A stretch of 64,000 nt of DNA from Thermoplasmata archaeon (GTDB lineage Archaea; Thermoplasmatota; Thermoplasmata; RBG-16-68-12; JAJISG01). Positions within the stretch are counted from its first letter, which is position 1, and each line of letters begins with the position of its first letter. The stretch lies in the NCBI GenBank assembly GCA_046758325.1, contig JBHHZZ010000002.1, positions 14,990 to 78,989 of the forward strand, in the 5' to 3' direction. A program made the translations under genes and the position numbers. Positions 27,641-36,070 of this stretch are shown here, piece after piece. The notes beneath the pieces were generated by a model. The model worked only from the letters and a program-made list of their open reading frames with translations. It was not told the origin of the DNA and did no database searches.

Positions 27641-28294
27641 ATGAAACTCAGGGGATATCTTTCGAAGTTCGCAGAATTGGAAGACCTATATGAGGAAGTG
27701 CGGAGGGATTTCCTCAAAAAGGGGCTCGCGCACCACAACTGGAACCATGTACTTAGGGACCTAGCCAGGGGGATCATGATTGGTGAAGAGGAAAGGGCGG
27801 ATATGAAGGTCGTCCTGGCAGGCATTCTGCTGCACGATATCGGCAGGCTCTATCCCAAGACAGGAAGAAATCACTACTCCCTTGGAGCCGAAGTAGCTCC
27901 TCGATATCTCGAGAAGGCTGGTTTCAGTCAGGAGGAGATCGAGGGCGTAGTACGTTGCATAAGATCTCATGGGCCAAGGGGACTGGAGGAACCAGGAACC
28001 TTGGAGGCCAAGGTCTGTTATGACGTAGACGTCCTCTCCTGTTCAGTGGGATACATCGGAGTTGCGAGGGTCTTCGACTATTTCCTGAGGGAGGAAGAGA
28101 TGAATGTGAAGCAGATCCTGGAGCTCCCGAGTGGAAGGAAAGGGCCAAGAGAGGATTTCTATACCAGGGTTGGCAGAAAGCTCGGTCAGGATGGGTTCAA
28201 GAAGGCGGAGAGATTCTGGAAGGAACTGCATCAGGAGTTTGCTGAGGAAGAGCGTACGGCAAGCGAGATCATTTCAGACTATGAGGGCGATTAA
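27641..28294 (+). CDS. HD-domain phosphohydrolase
   Basis: HHNWNHV...LLHDIGR...SHG...YDVDVL. Confidence 0.85.
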   Translation: MKLRGYLSKFAELEDLYEEVRRDFLKKGLAHHNWNHVLRDLARGIMIGEEERADMKVVLAGILLHDIGRLYPKTGRNHYSLGAEVAPRYLEKAGFSQEEIEGVVRCIRSHGPRGLEEPGTLEAKVCYDVDVLSCSVGYIGVARVFDYFLREEEMNVKQILELPSGRKGPREDFYTRVGRKLGQDGFKKAERFWKELHQEFAEEERTASEIISDYEGD

Positions 28295-28335
28295 CGGGAG
28301 CCTCTCATGGTCCTACGCAGTTTTCCATCCGAAAC

Positions 28336-29439
28336 TTAGCCAGATATGATCTGACCATTCTCGATCAGCGTTTTGCCGTCGACCTGCAACGTGGCTTCCT
28401 TGAAGGAGATGGGAAAGACGTAATCGCACTGATTCGTGCCGCCAAGCCAGTCGTTGTCTCCTATGCCTACGGTCACGGCTCCTTCCACCAGATCGTTCTC
28501 GAGAAATCCATACCTGGCCTCGGGGTTCAGTCCGATAGTGAGGAAACCCAGCTGGTCTGCGCCTTCCTTCCTCTTCGCCTCGGTCCAGTGCGTGGTGAAG
28601 TAATCCAGGTGCTCCTTGGCATCGACCTGCGTGAGACGCCCAGATGAAAACTTCAAGGTCAGGCCATGTATGAAGTCGCCGAGCCGAGGTATCGGCGTCG
28701 TCGAAACCACCAGACCTTCGCCGCTGCCCTGTTCCAAGGCAACGCTCATAGTTCCAGCGGGCAGGGAGGAAAAGTAAGACGATTTCTTTCCCTTGACGGG
28801 CCTGACCTCTCCAGTGAAAATGGCAGGATTGCTACCATGAAACTCGAACTCGAAATCGGTGCCGCCTCTGGCAGTGAGTTGTCCGCGTCGCGCCCCCCTC
28901 AGGCGCTTCGCTAGGCGCTCCCCGAGCTCCTTCAGAACACGTGGGTCTGCACCTAGGGCGGCCAGGACCGACTCGTACCATCTTCCATAGTCGAAACCGT
29001 AAGTCTTCGCCCTGTCCTCCGTCACCCTCCCCAAGGCAATATCGACGGATGGAACCGGGTCGTCCTCGAAGGGCTTGTAGGTGGCCTCCGCCCCTTCTTC
29101 GTTTGCCCTCCATCGATCCCCTGGGATGCGCTTCATGGCCTCTGGATTGGCGGGCCCCTCGACATACACTACAGCCGTTGCCGCTTTCCTCACCGCCTGC
29201 TGCAATGCCGAAGGCTCCCTCAGCCAATCTTTCGGCAGGTTCATCAGGGCATCGTACCACACATCATCAGAGTCCAAGGTCAGCAGCGTATCCGCCCCTG
29301 CTCGTCGAGCTTCCTTCACAATCTCCCTCGTCAAAGGAAGCATGTGCTCCCACGCGTAGACCTGCAGGCAGTCTGCCTCATTCAGCCGAAGTACGTCCTT
29401 CACCACTCGTCTGGCTACATGTTGAACTTCGATATCCAT
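28336..29439 (-). CDS. Peptidase M29 (AmpS/aminopeptidase T)-like protein, apparently lacking metal ligands
   Basis: Overall M29 layout (GTD..F, LPAG, IGLNP, VGIGDN..GG.N); ligand positions substituted. Confidence 0.75.
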   Translation of the reverse strand: MDIEVQHVARRVVKDVLRLNEADCLQVYAWEHMLPLTREIVKEARRAGADTLLTLDSDDVWYDALMNLPKDWLREPSALQQAVRKAATAVVYVEGPANPEAMKRIPGDRWRANEEGAEATYKPFEDDPVPSVDIALGRVTEDRAKTYGFDYGRWYESVLAALGADPRVLKELGERLAKRLRGARRGQLTARGGTDFEFEFHGSNPAIFTGEVRPVKGKKSSYFSSLPAGTMSVALEQGSGEGLVVSTTPIPRLGDFIHGLTLKFSSGRLTQVDAKEHLDYFTTHWTEAKRKEGADQLGFLTIGLNPEARYGFLENDLVEGAVTVGIGDNDWLGGTNQCDYVFPISFKEATLQVDGKTLIENGQIISG

Positions 29440-29637
29440 CGATCTCCCCCAGAGACCAAGAGTGAGCTCCAAGAAGACACTTAAACTTATGGACCCCCGC
29501 AATCAGAGGGGAAGCGTAACCTGATATGAAAAGAGAAACCAACACGACGTGTTTCCGTATCAGGCCCTTACTTCCATCGGGCTGAACTCGCCATACACAT
29601 GGCCGAAAGACTCGGCGCTTCTGAGTCACAGCGCGTC

Positions 29638-31362
29638 CTATGAGTCGAACCTCTTCAGAAAGGCCTCGACCTCCTTCATCGGCTCATCGTCCGTTATGGG
29701 TGGCGAGCACTGTCTTCCGACACACGCATACACCGCCGGGATAGGGTCCGCCGGATACTTGGCCTTCCTTAGAGCCTCCGAACCTGGTCGCAAGAACTGG
29801 ACCACCCTCCTAGGCTCGAAGGCCCTCAGGAGGTCCATATGCATCCGGCGTGCCATCCCATCCTCTGGATCTCCCAGTAGAACCAGCCTCAGCGGGCCCT
29901 TGAGATGGACGGACACGGCGATGGCGTAGGAAGAGGCAAAGATGGAGTATCGGGGATACTGACCGCTAAATCCCTCGAGGATCTTCTTCGCCGCCTCAGT
30001 ATACTCCTCCTTCTCGGTCAGATCCCCAAGCTTCAGAAGGAGCGTGGCGGCGTGGGAGTTCTCCAACAGGGGCCTCTGGGGCATCTTCAGGAGGCCTATG
30101 TCCTCCTCCCGCGGCTTCCTGTCAAGAAGGAGGCCCTTCTCGTCCCGCAGGTCCTTGAGCATTCTGCCGACGAGAGCCTCCGATCTTTCCAGAAAGGGAG
30201 CCTTATCAGTGTGTTCGTATGCCGCCTGGAAGGCCTCGGCCAGGTACACGTAGTCCCCCAGAAGACCGTCAGACCCTGGCTCGCCGTTCCAGTAATGATA
30301 CACGGAACCGTCATCCCCCAGAAGCCTTTCCTCCACGAGCCGAAGGGTCGACACAGCAGCAGCGAGATACCTCTCCTCCCCCAGAACGGCCCGCGCCAGG
30401 AGGTACGATGTAGCGGCCTGCCCGTTGAGGTCTGCATAGAGGGTCGTGTCGATGTATGGTTGCACGAGGGAGGCTCTTTCCTCCTTGGACGCCTGATAAT
30501 ATTCTTCATCAGCGTCTTGGCTACCAAAAAAGCCGCCCTTCGCATCTCGCAGGTGGTCCTCCAGATACCTCAGGACGTCCTCCGCCACCTCCCTGTACCA
30601 CGGCTCCTTCAGGAGGGCATAGGCGTTCAGATAATTCTTCAATAGACCCGCATTCACATCCAGCATCTTCTCGTAGTGAGGGACGCTCCAGTCCTTCGTG
30701 ACGGAATATCTGAAAAAGCCACCTTCTACTTGATCGTAAATGCCACCTCCTGCCATGGCCCCAAGAGTCTTCTCCACCAACCTGCTGAAGTACCTGTTTC
30801 CAGAGACCTTGAACTGATAGAGGGCCAGGTCGACGGCGTCGGAGTTCGGAAACTTGGGTGCGCCACCGAACCCGCCGTACAGTTCGTCGAACTGTTGCAG
30901 CAGGAATCCGAGAACCTCTTCAACCACATCCAGTCTGAGAGGCCCCTTCGCTGGGTGGACCACCGACTCCTGCGGCGCCTTCTTCTCCCTCGGCTTGCCG
31001 TCGGTCTCCTCAAAGTAGCTCTTCACCTGCATCAAGGTCCTCTTCATCTGGTCCGGCGGGATGTAGGTCCCGCCAGCGACGACACCTCCATCCGCGTCCA
31101 GGAATGCAGTGGTCGGATACCCGCCGAAGTTGTACCTCTCCCTTATGTCCGGCCTCTTGTCGATGTCCACCCGGATAGGCACGAAGTCCTCATTGATGAG
31201 CTGGATGATCTCGTCGTCGGAGTAGCTGGTCTCATCCATCACGTGGCACCAGTGGCACCAGACCGCAGAGAGGTCTAGGAGGACAGGTTTGCCCGTTTCC
31301 CGCGCTTCCTTGAAGGCCTCCTCCCCCCATTCGCGCCAGCGGATGTCCGTGTGCTCTCCCAT
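29638..31362 (-). CDS. SSP411/YyaL-like thioredoxin-domain (DUF255) protein with alpha/alpha barrel
   Basis: WCHWCHVMD, GGYPTT, GGFGGAPKFP, GGFFRYSV..DWSVPHYEKML. Confidence 0.9.
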   Translation of the reverse strand: MGEHTDIRWREWGEEAFKEARETGKPVLLDLSAVWCHWCHVMDETSYSDDEIIQLINEDFVPIRVDIDKRPDIRERYNFGGYPTTAFLDADGGVVAGGTYIPPDQMKRTLMQVKSYFEETDGKPREKKAPQESVVHPAKGPLRLDVVEEVLGFLLQQFDELYGGFGGAPKFPNSDAVDLALYQFKVSGNRYFSRLVEKTLGAMAGGGIYDQVEGGFFRYSVTKDWSVPHYEKMLDVNAGLLKNYLNAYALLKEPWYREVAEDVLRYLEDHLRDAKGGFFGSQDADEEYYQASKEERASLVQPYIDTTLYADLNGQAATSYLLARAVLGEERYLAAAVSTLRLVEERLLGDDGSVYHYWNGEPGSDGLLGDYVYLAEAFQAAYEHTDKAPFLERSEALVGRMLKDLRDEKGLLLDRKPREEDIGLLKMPQRPLLENSHAATLLLKLGDLTEKEEYTEAAKKILEGFSGQYPRYSIFASSYAIAVSVHLKGPLRLVLLGDPEDGMARRMHMDLLRAFEPRRVVQFLRPGSEALRKAKYPADPIPAVYACVGRQCSPPITDDEPMKEVEAFLKRFDS

Positions 31363-31438
31363 GACTGTCCTAGGCTGAGGACGACATATGAAGGTTTGGC
31401 AGAAACGGGACCGTGCCTGCCAGCCATCCGAGCATATC

Positions 31439-32989
31439 CTAGCCGAGGAGGAAGGTGGCCGCCCTTACCACGAAGTCCAGGAATGGGAAAGCTAGGACGC
31501 CCGTAGCGATTGTCCCAACAGTGGCGATGGAGAGGGCAATGGCGTAGGCCCTCGGCACCCGCAAGCGCTCCCCAGGTCCCTCTAGGATGTACATGTGCTT
31601 CACCAACCTGGCGTAATAGTAGAGGGAGAGGGCGCTGTTGAGCACACCGGCAATGGCAAGGGATATCATCCACTCGCTCCCTGGGATCTGCCCGGCCCGA
31701 ACTGCAGACCAGAAAAGAATGAATTTGCTCACGAAGCCCCCTAGAGGCGGTATGCCTGCCAAGGAGAGCAGCAAGATCATCATGCTGAAGGCCACGAGAG
31801 GCATCCTCTTGGCCAAGCCGCTGAAGTCATCCAGCCTCTCACCTATGAGAAGCGTGCCCATCAGTGCGACGACTATGAAGGCGCCACCCTTCATGAAGAC
31901 GTACACCAGCAGGTGGTAGAGGCCTCCCGCCATTCCGAAGGCCGCGATGGTCGAGTCCGAGTGGCTCCCCACGACGAGGGCGATGAGGATGTAGCCTGCA
32001 TGCCCTATGCTGGAATAAGCCAGCATCCTCTTCACGCTCTTCTGAGGCAAGGCAGCAACGTTGCCAACCGTCATGGTTGCGATGGCCAGGATGCCCATGG
32101 CTAGGACCCACTGACCAGCGGCGCCTATGAGGGCAATGAGGAATATTCGAAAGATGGCCGCGAAGCCCATGATCTTCGAGGCGGTACTCAGCAGCGTCGT
32201 GATGGTCGTCGGGGCCCCCTCGTAGACGTCGGGTACCCACATGTGGAAGGGCACGGTGGCTACCTTGAAACCAAAGCCCGCGATGAGGAGAATGAGAGCC
32301 ACGACCACCGTCGGCTCATACAGCAGCAGGCCCGCGCTAATGGTAGTTTTGAGAATCCGCAGGTCGGTGTAGGAACTCGAGATTCCCTGACTGCTCCCGA
32401 CGTGGCCACTGACGCCATAGATGAGGGAGATGCCGAAGAGGATAAGAGCCGAGCTCACGACGCCTATGATGAAGAACTTCATGGCGGCCTCAGTAGCCCT
32501 CCGATCTCTCTTCCGGAAGGCGGCCAGGGCGAATGTGGCGATGCTGGCCATCTCGAAGGAGAGGTAGAGCACGAAGAGGTCCGTGGCGGCGGCCACCATG
32601 AGCATGCCCACCAGTGAGATCAGCAGCAGTCCGTAGTATTCCCCAGGGTTCCTGTCATCCTCCCGTAGGAAGGCCCGGGAGGCCAGGACGACTAGGATGC
32701 CGGTGAGGATTATGGCTATGAAGAAGAAGAGGGTGAAGGGATTGACCTCCATCATCAGCTCCGGCAGCTCCACAGCCACGGGCAGGGTCCAGAGCTCAAG
32801 GCCCAGGAACGGGAGGATGCCCAGACCCATCATGTCCAGCGTCAGAAACAGGGCTATTCCCAGGCCGATGAGGGCGATGTCCGCGAGCCTGGCCTTGTTC
32901 CTGACGATGAAAGTGAGCGCTATGAGTAGAAAGCCGAAGAAGGTGAGGACCAGGACCGGCGAGAGGACTATCCATTCGGGATAGGGCAC
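31439..32989 (-). CDS. nuoN: Complex I-like subunit N
   Basis: SFEMAS, EAAMKFF, FKVATVPFHMWVPDVYEGAPT, KRMLAYSSIGHAGY. Confidence 0.93.
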   Translation of the reverse strand: MPYPEWIVLSPVLVLTFFGFLLIALTFIVRNKARLADIALIGLGIALFLTLDMMGLGILPFLGLELWTLPVAVELPELMMEVNPFTLFFFIAIILTGILVVLASRAFLREDDRNPGEYYGLLLISLVGMLMVAAATDLFVLYLSFEMASIATFALAAFRKRDRRATEAAMKFFIIGVVSSALILFGISLIYGVSGHVGSSQGISSSYTDLRILKTTISAGLLLYEPTVVVALILLIAGFGFKVATVPFHMWVPDVYEGAPTTITTLLSTASKIMGFAAIFRIFLIALIGAAGQWVLAMGILAIATMTVGNVAALPQKSVKRMLAYSSIGHAGYILIALVVGSHSDSTIAAFGMAGGLYHLLVYVFMKGGAFIVVALMGTLLIGERLDDFSGLAKRMPLVAFSMMILLLSLAGIPPLGGFVSKFILFWSAVRAGQIPGSEWMISLAIAGVLNSALSLYYYARLVKHMYILEGPGERLRVPRAYAIALSIATVGTIATGVLAFPFLDFVVRAATFLLG

Positions 32990-34543
32990 CTAGACCACCC
33001 CTCCCATGGATTCGAAGAGGACCCGGGACCAGTCTACGAAGAGATCCATCAAGGGCGTGGGGAAGATGCCGAAGAGGGCGAAGAGGGCTGCCAGGACGCC
33101 CAAGGGCAGGATCTCATACACAGCGATGTCCTTTGTGGTTCCGAGCTTTTCGTTGAAGGGTCCGTGGATCGCCCTCTGCACGGCATACAGGTAGTAAGCC
33201 GCCGTGAGCACCACGGTGAGGATGGGGACGAGGACCCAGAGGCCGAAGGCCTGGTAGGTACCCAGGAAGACGGTGAACTCCGCGACGAAGCCGACCAATC
33301 CAGGGAGGCCTAGGGATGCCAGGAAGGCGGTAAGTATGAAACCCGACAGGACGGGCACGCGGTTCATTATGCCGCCCAGCTCCGAGATGTTCCGGGTGCC
33401 GATGCGATGGCCGACGGATCCGGCCACCATGAAGAGGGCAGCGGATATCAGCCCGTGAGCGAACATCTGGAAGATGGCCCCGCTCATCCCCATGAGGCCC
33501 CCCAGCTCGCCCGGGGACCCATTGCTGAATGCGAAGAGGGCTGCACCTATGCCCAGCATCACTATCCCCATGTGGCTGATGCTCGAGTTGGCTATCAGTC
33601 TCTTCAGATCGTCCTGAGCCAGACAGACGAGGGCTCCGTAGAGTATGCTGATGGTCCCGATTACGACAAAGACCCAGAAGAGAGCCGTTGAGGCCTGAGG
33701 GAGCATCTGCACGTTTACCCTTATGAGACCGTAGCCTCCCATCTTCAGTAGGACCCCCGCAAGGATGACGGAGCCTGCCGTGGGGGCCTCTACGTGGGCA
33801 TCCGGCAACCAGGTATGGAAGGGTACCATGGGCAGCTTGGTACCGAACCCTATCAGGAGGGCGACGAAGAGGAGGTCCTGGACGACGCCGATGGGGATCG
33901 GCCTCCTTTCGATTATGGCCAGCATGCTGAAGGCGTCCTCACCACCGCCCATGTAGTAGTAGAAGGCCAGGATGCCGAAGAGGACCAGCAAGCTGGCTGC
34001 CTGGGTGTAGAGGAAGAACTTGATGGCCGCGTACCTCTTCCTGGGACCACCCCAGATGGCTATCATGAAGTACATGGGAACGAGCTGGAGCTCCCAGAAG
34101 ATGAAGAATAAGAAGAAGTCCAGGGCCATGAAAACGCCCAGGATCGTGGTTTCCATTAGGAGGAGAAGGGAGTAGAACTCCCTGACGCGGTGGGACTCGT
34201 CCCAGGAGAAGATGGCGGCCAGGGGGAAGAGGATGGTGGTCAGCAAGACCAGGGAGAAGGAGAGCTCGTCAACGCCGAGACGGTAGAACACGTGGATGTG
34301 CGGTATCCAGAGAGCCTCTTCAAAGGCTCTGTATCTACCTGTAAGCGCGTCCGTGCCGAGGGAGACCACATCCAGTCGCAGGAAGCCGACCAGCAAGTAG
34401 AGGGACAGGGCTAGGGGGAGGAAGGAAGTCGCCACTGCCAGGATTCTCGCGGTGGACTCCCTCCTGGCGAGGAGGTAGATGAGTACAGAGGCTATGACCG
34501 GGATGAATAACATCAGACTGAGGATCGGAAGCTGAAGGGCCAT
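32990..34543 (-). CDS. nuoM: Complex I-like subunit M (second copy)
   Basis: FWELQLVPMY, KLPMVPFHTWLPDAHVEAPT, LKMGGYG, GLVGFVAE. Confidence 0.92.
   Translation of the reverse strand: MALQLPILSLMLFIPVIASVLIYLLARRESTARILAVATSFLPLALSLYLLVGFLRLDVVSLGTDALTGRYRAFEEALWIPHIHVFYRLGVDELSFSLVLLTTILFPLAAIFSWDESHRVREFYSLLLLMETTILGVFMALDFFLFFIFWELQLVPMYFMIAIWGGPRKRYAAIKFFLYTQAASLLVLFGILAFYYYMGGGEDAFSMLAIIERRPIPIGVVQDLLFVALLIGFGTKLPMVPFHTWLPDAHVEAPTAGSVILAGVLLKMGGYGLIRVNVQMLPQASTALFWVFVVIGTISILYGALVCLAQDDLKRLIANSSISHMGIVMLGIGAALFAFSNGSPGELGGLMGMSGAIFQMFAHGLISAALFMVAGSVGHRIGTRNISELGGIMNRVPVLSGFILTAFLASLGLPGLVGFVAEFTVFLGTYQAFGLWVLVPILTVVLTAAYYLYAVQRAIHGPFNEKLGTTKDIAVYEILPLGVLAALFALFGIFPTPLMDLFVDWSRVLFESMGGVV
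33732..33817. repeat. 86-bp exact repeat, copy in second nuoM
   Basis: Identical to 35268-35353 by direct comparison. Confidence 0.9.
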
Positions 34544-36067
34544 TCAGCCACCTCCCGAGGCTAGTACGACGGAATCCCTCAGAATCCCGCTAAAGGGGTA
34601 TATCTGGTCTATCCAAAGGGCAGGGAAGAGGGCGGTGAGGAAGATGAAGACGGTGACTAAGGCCATAGGCAGGTACTCATCCATCCTCAGGTCCCGCACC
34701 TTGCCCAAGGCAACATTGAATTCACCCAGGAGGACCCGATGCATGGTCCAGATGTAGTAGGCCCCCGTGAGGACCACGGCGATGAGGGGAATGATGACCA
34801 GTTTCTTGATGTCCAGGGGAAGCCCTGCGTAGGTTCCGGTGAAGACCATGAACTCGCTGATGAAGCTGTTTAGCCCTGGCAGTCCGAGGGAGGCCAGGAA
34901 ACTGACGATGAGCAAGAAAGCGAAGAAGGGCATCTTGGACCCCAGCCCCCTGAGGTGAGGGATCTCTCTACTACCGGTACAGTGCTTGACAGCGCCTGCC
35001 AACATGAAGAGGACCGCCGTAATGAGGCCGTGGTTGAAGAGCTGAAATATGGCACCGGCGATGCCTATGGTGGTAAACGTCGAGGCCCCCAGGAGGACGA
35101 ATCCCATATGGCCGATGCTCGAGTAGGCAATCAGCCTCTTGAGGTCGAGCTGGACCAAGCAGACCAGGGATGCGTAGATCATGCTGACGATGCCAAGGGT
35201 GGCCACGAGCCACCATAGGTCTACGGCCGCCAGGGGCAACATGGTGTACCCGATCCGGAAGAGGCCATAGCCTCCCATCTTCAGTAGGACCCCCGCAAGG
35301 ATGACGGAGCCTGCCGTGGGGGCCTCTACGTGGGCATCCGGCAACCAGGTATGTAGGGGAACCATGGGGAGCTTCACGCCGAATCCTATCAGGAAGGCCA
35401 GGAAGACAGGGATCTGAATGCTCAGGGACAGTGCCGGGGCGAGCTCGGCGATCTTAATCATGTTGAGGGTGTTCGTGTGGAAGGCAAGGGCGAAGATGCC
35501 CAGGAGCATGATGACGCTGCCCACGTGGGTGTATATGAGGAATTTTATGGCGGCGTAGTGCCTGTTCGGCCCTCCCCATATCCCTATGAGGAAGTACATG
35601 GGAATGAGGACCAGCTCCCAGAAAACGAAGAACTGGAGGAAGTCCAGGGAGATGAACACGCCCATGAGCGCCAGGCTGATGATTTGAAGCAGGGCATAGT
35701 ACTCCTTGGGCTTGAAGTCCTCCTCCATGGGGAAGATGACGGCCACGAGGAGCAGGAGCGCAGTCAGGAAGGCCAGGGGCATGGAGAGACCATCGACTCC
35801 CAACCTGAAGATCACAGGGATGTCCATTATGCGGAACCACAGGTAGTCCTCGTAGGCCGTGTAGGTGCCCGTCGTATCCCTATCGAGGCCCAAGTCCACC
35901 GCCGGCGATACGAAGCCCGCAAGAAGCACGATGGAGGTCAGGAACGTGAGCAGGGCGAAGAGGATGGCGATGTTCCTCGCCTGAGGCCGCGTCCATCGGC
36001 CAAGGAGGGTGATGGCTGCCCCCAGACCCGGGAGGGCCAGCATGATGGTCAGATAGGGGAGAGCCAT
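34544..36067 (-). CDS. nuoM: Complex I-like subunit M (first copy)
   Basis: FWELVLIPMY, KLPMVPLHTWLPDAHVEAPT, GLNSFISE. Confidence 0.92.
   Translation of the reverse strand: MALPYLTIMLALPGLGAAITLLGRWTRPQARNIAILFALLTFLTSIVLLAGFVSPAVDLGLDRDTTGTYTAYEDYLWFRIMDIPVIFRLGVDGLSMPLAFLTALLLLVAVIFPMEEDFKPKEYYALLQIISLALMGVFISLDFLQFFVFWELVLIPMYFLIGIWGGPNRHYAAIKFLIYTHVGSVIMLLGIFALAFHTNTLNMIKIAELAPALSLSIQIPVFLAFLIGFGVKLPMVPLHTWLPDAHVEAPTAGSVILAGVLLKMGGYGLFRIGYTMLPLAAVDLWWLVATLGIVSMIYASLVCLVQLDLKRLIAYSSIGHMGFVLLGASTFTTIGIAGAIFQLFNHGLITAVLFMLAGAVKHCTGSREIPHLRGLGSKMPFFAFLLIVSFLASLGLPGLNSFISEFMVFTGTYAGLPLDIKKLVIIPLIAVVLTGAYYIWTMHRVLLGEFNVALGKVRDLRMDEYLPMALVTVFIFLTALFPALWIDQIYPFSGILRDSVVLASGGG
35268..35353. repeat. 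86-bp exact repeat, copy in first nuoM
   Basis: Identical to 33732-33817. Confidence 0.9.
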
Positions 36068-36070
36068 GGA

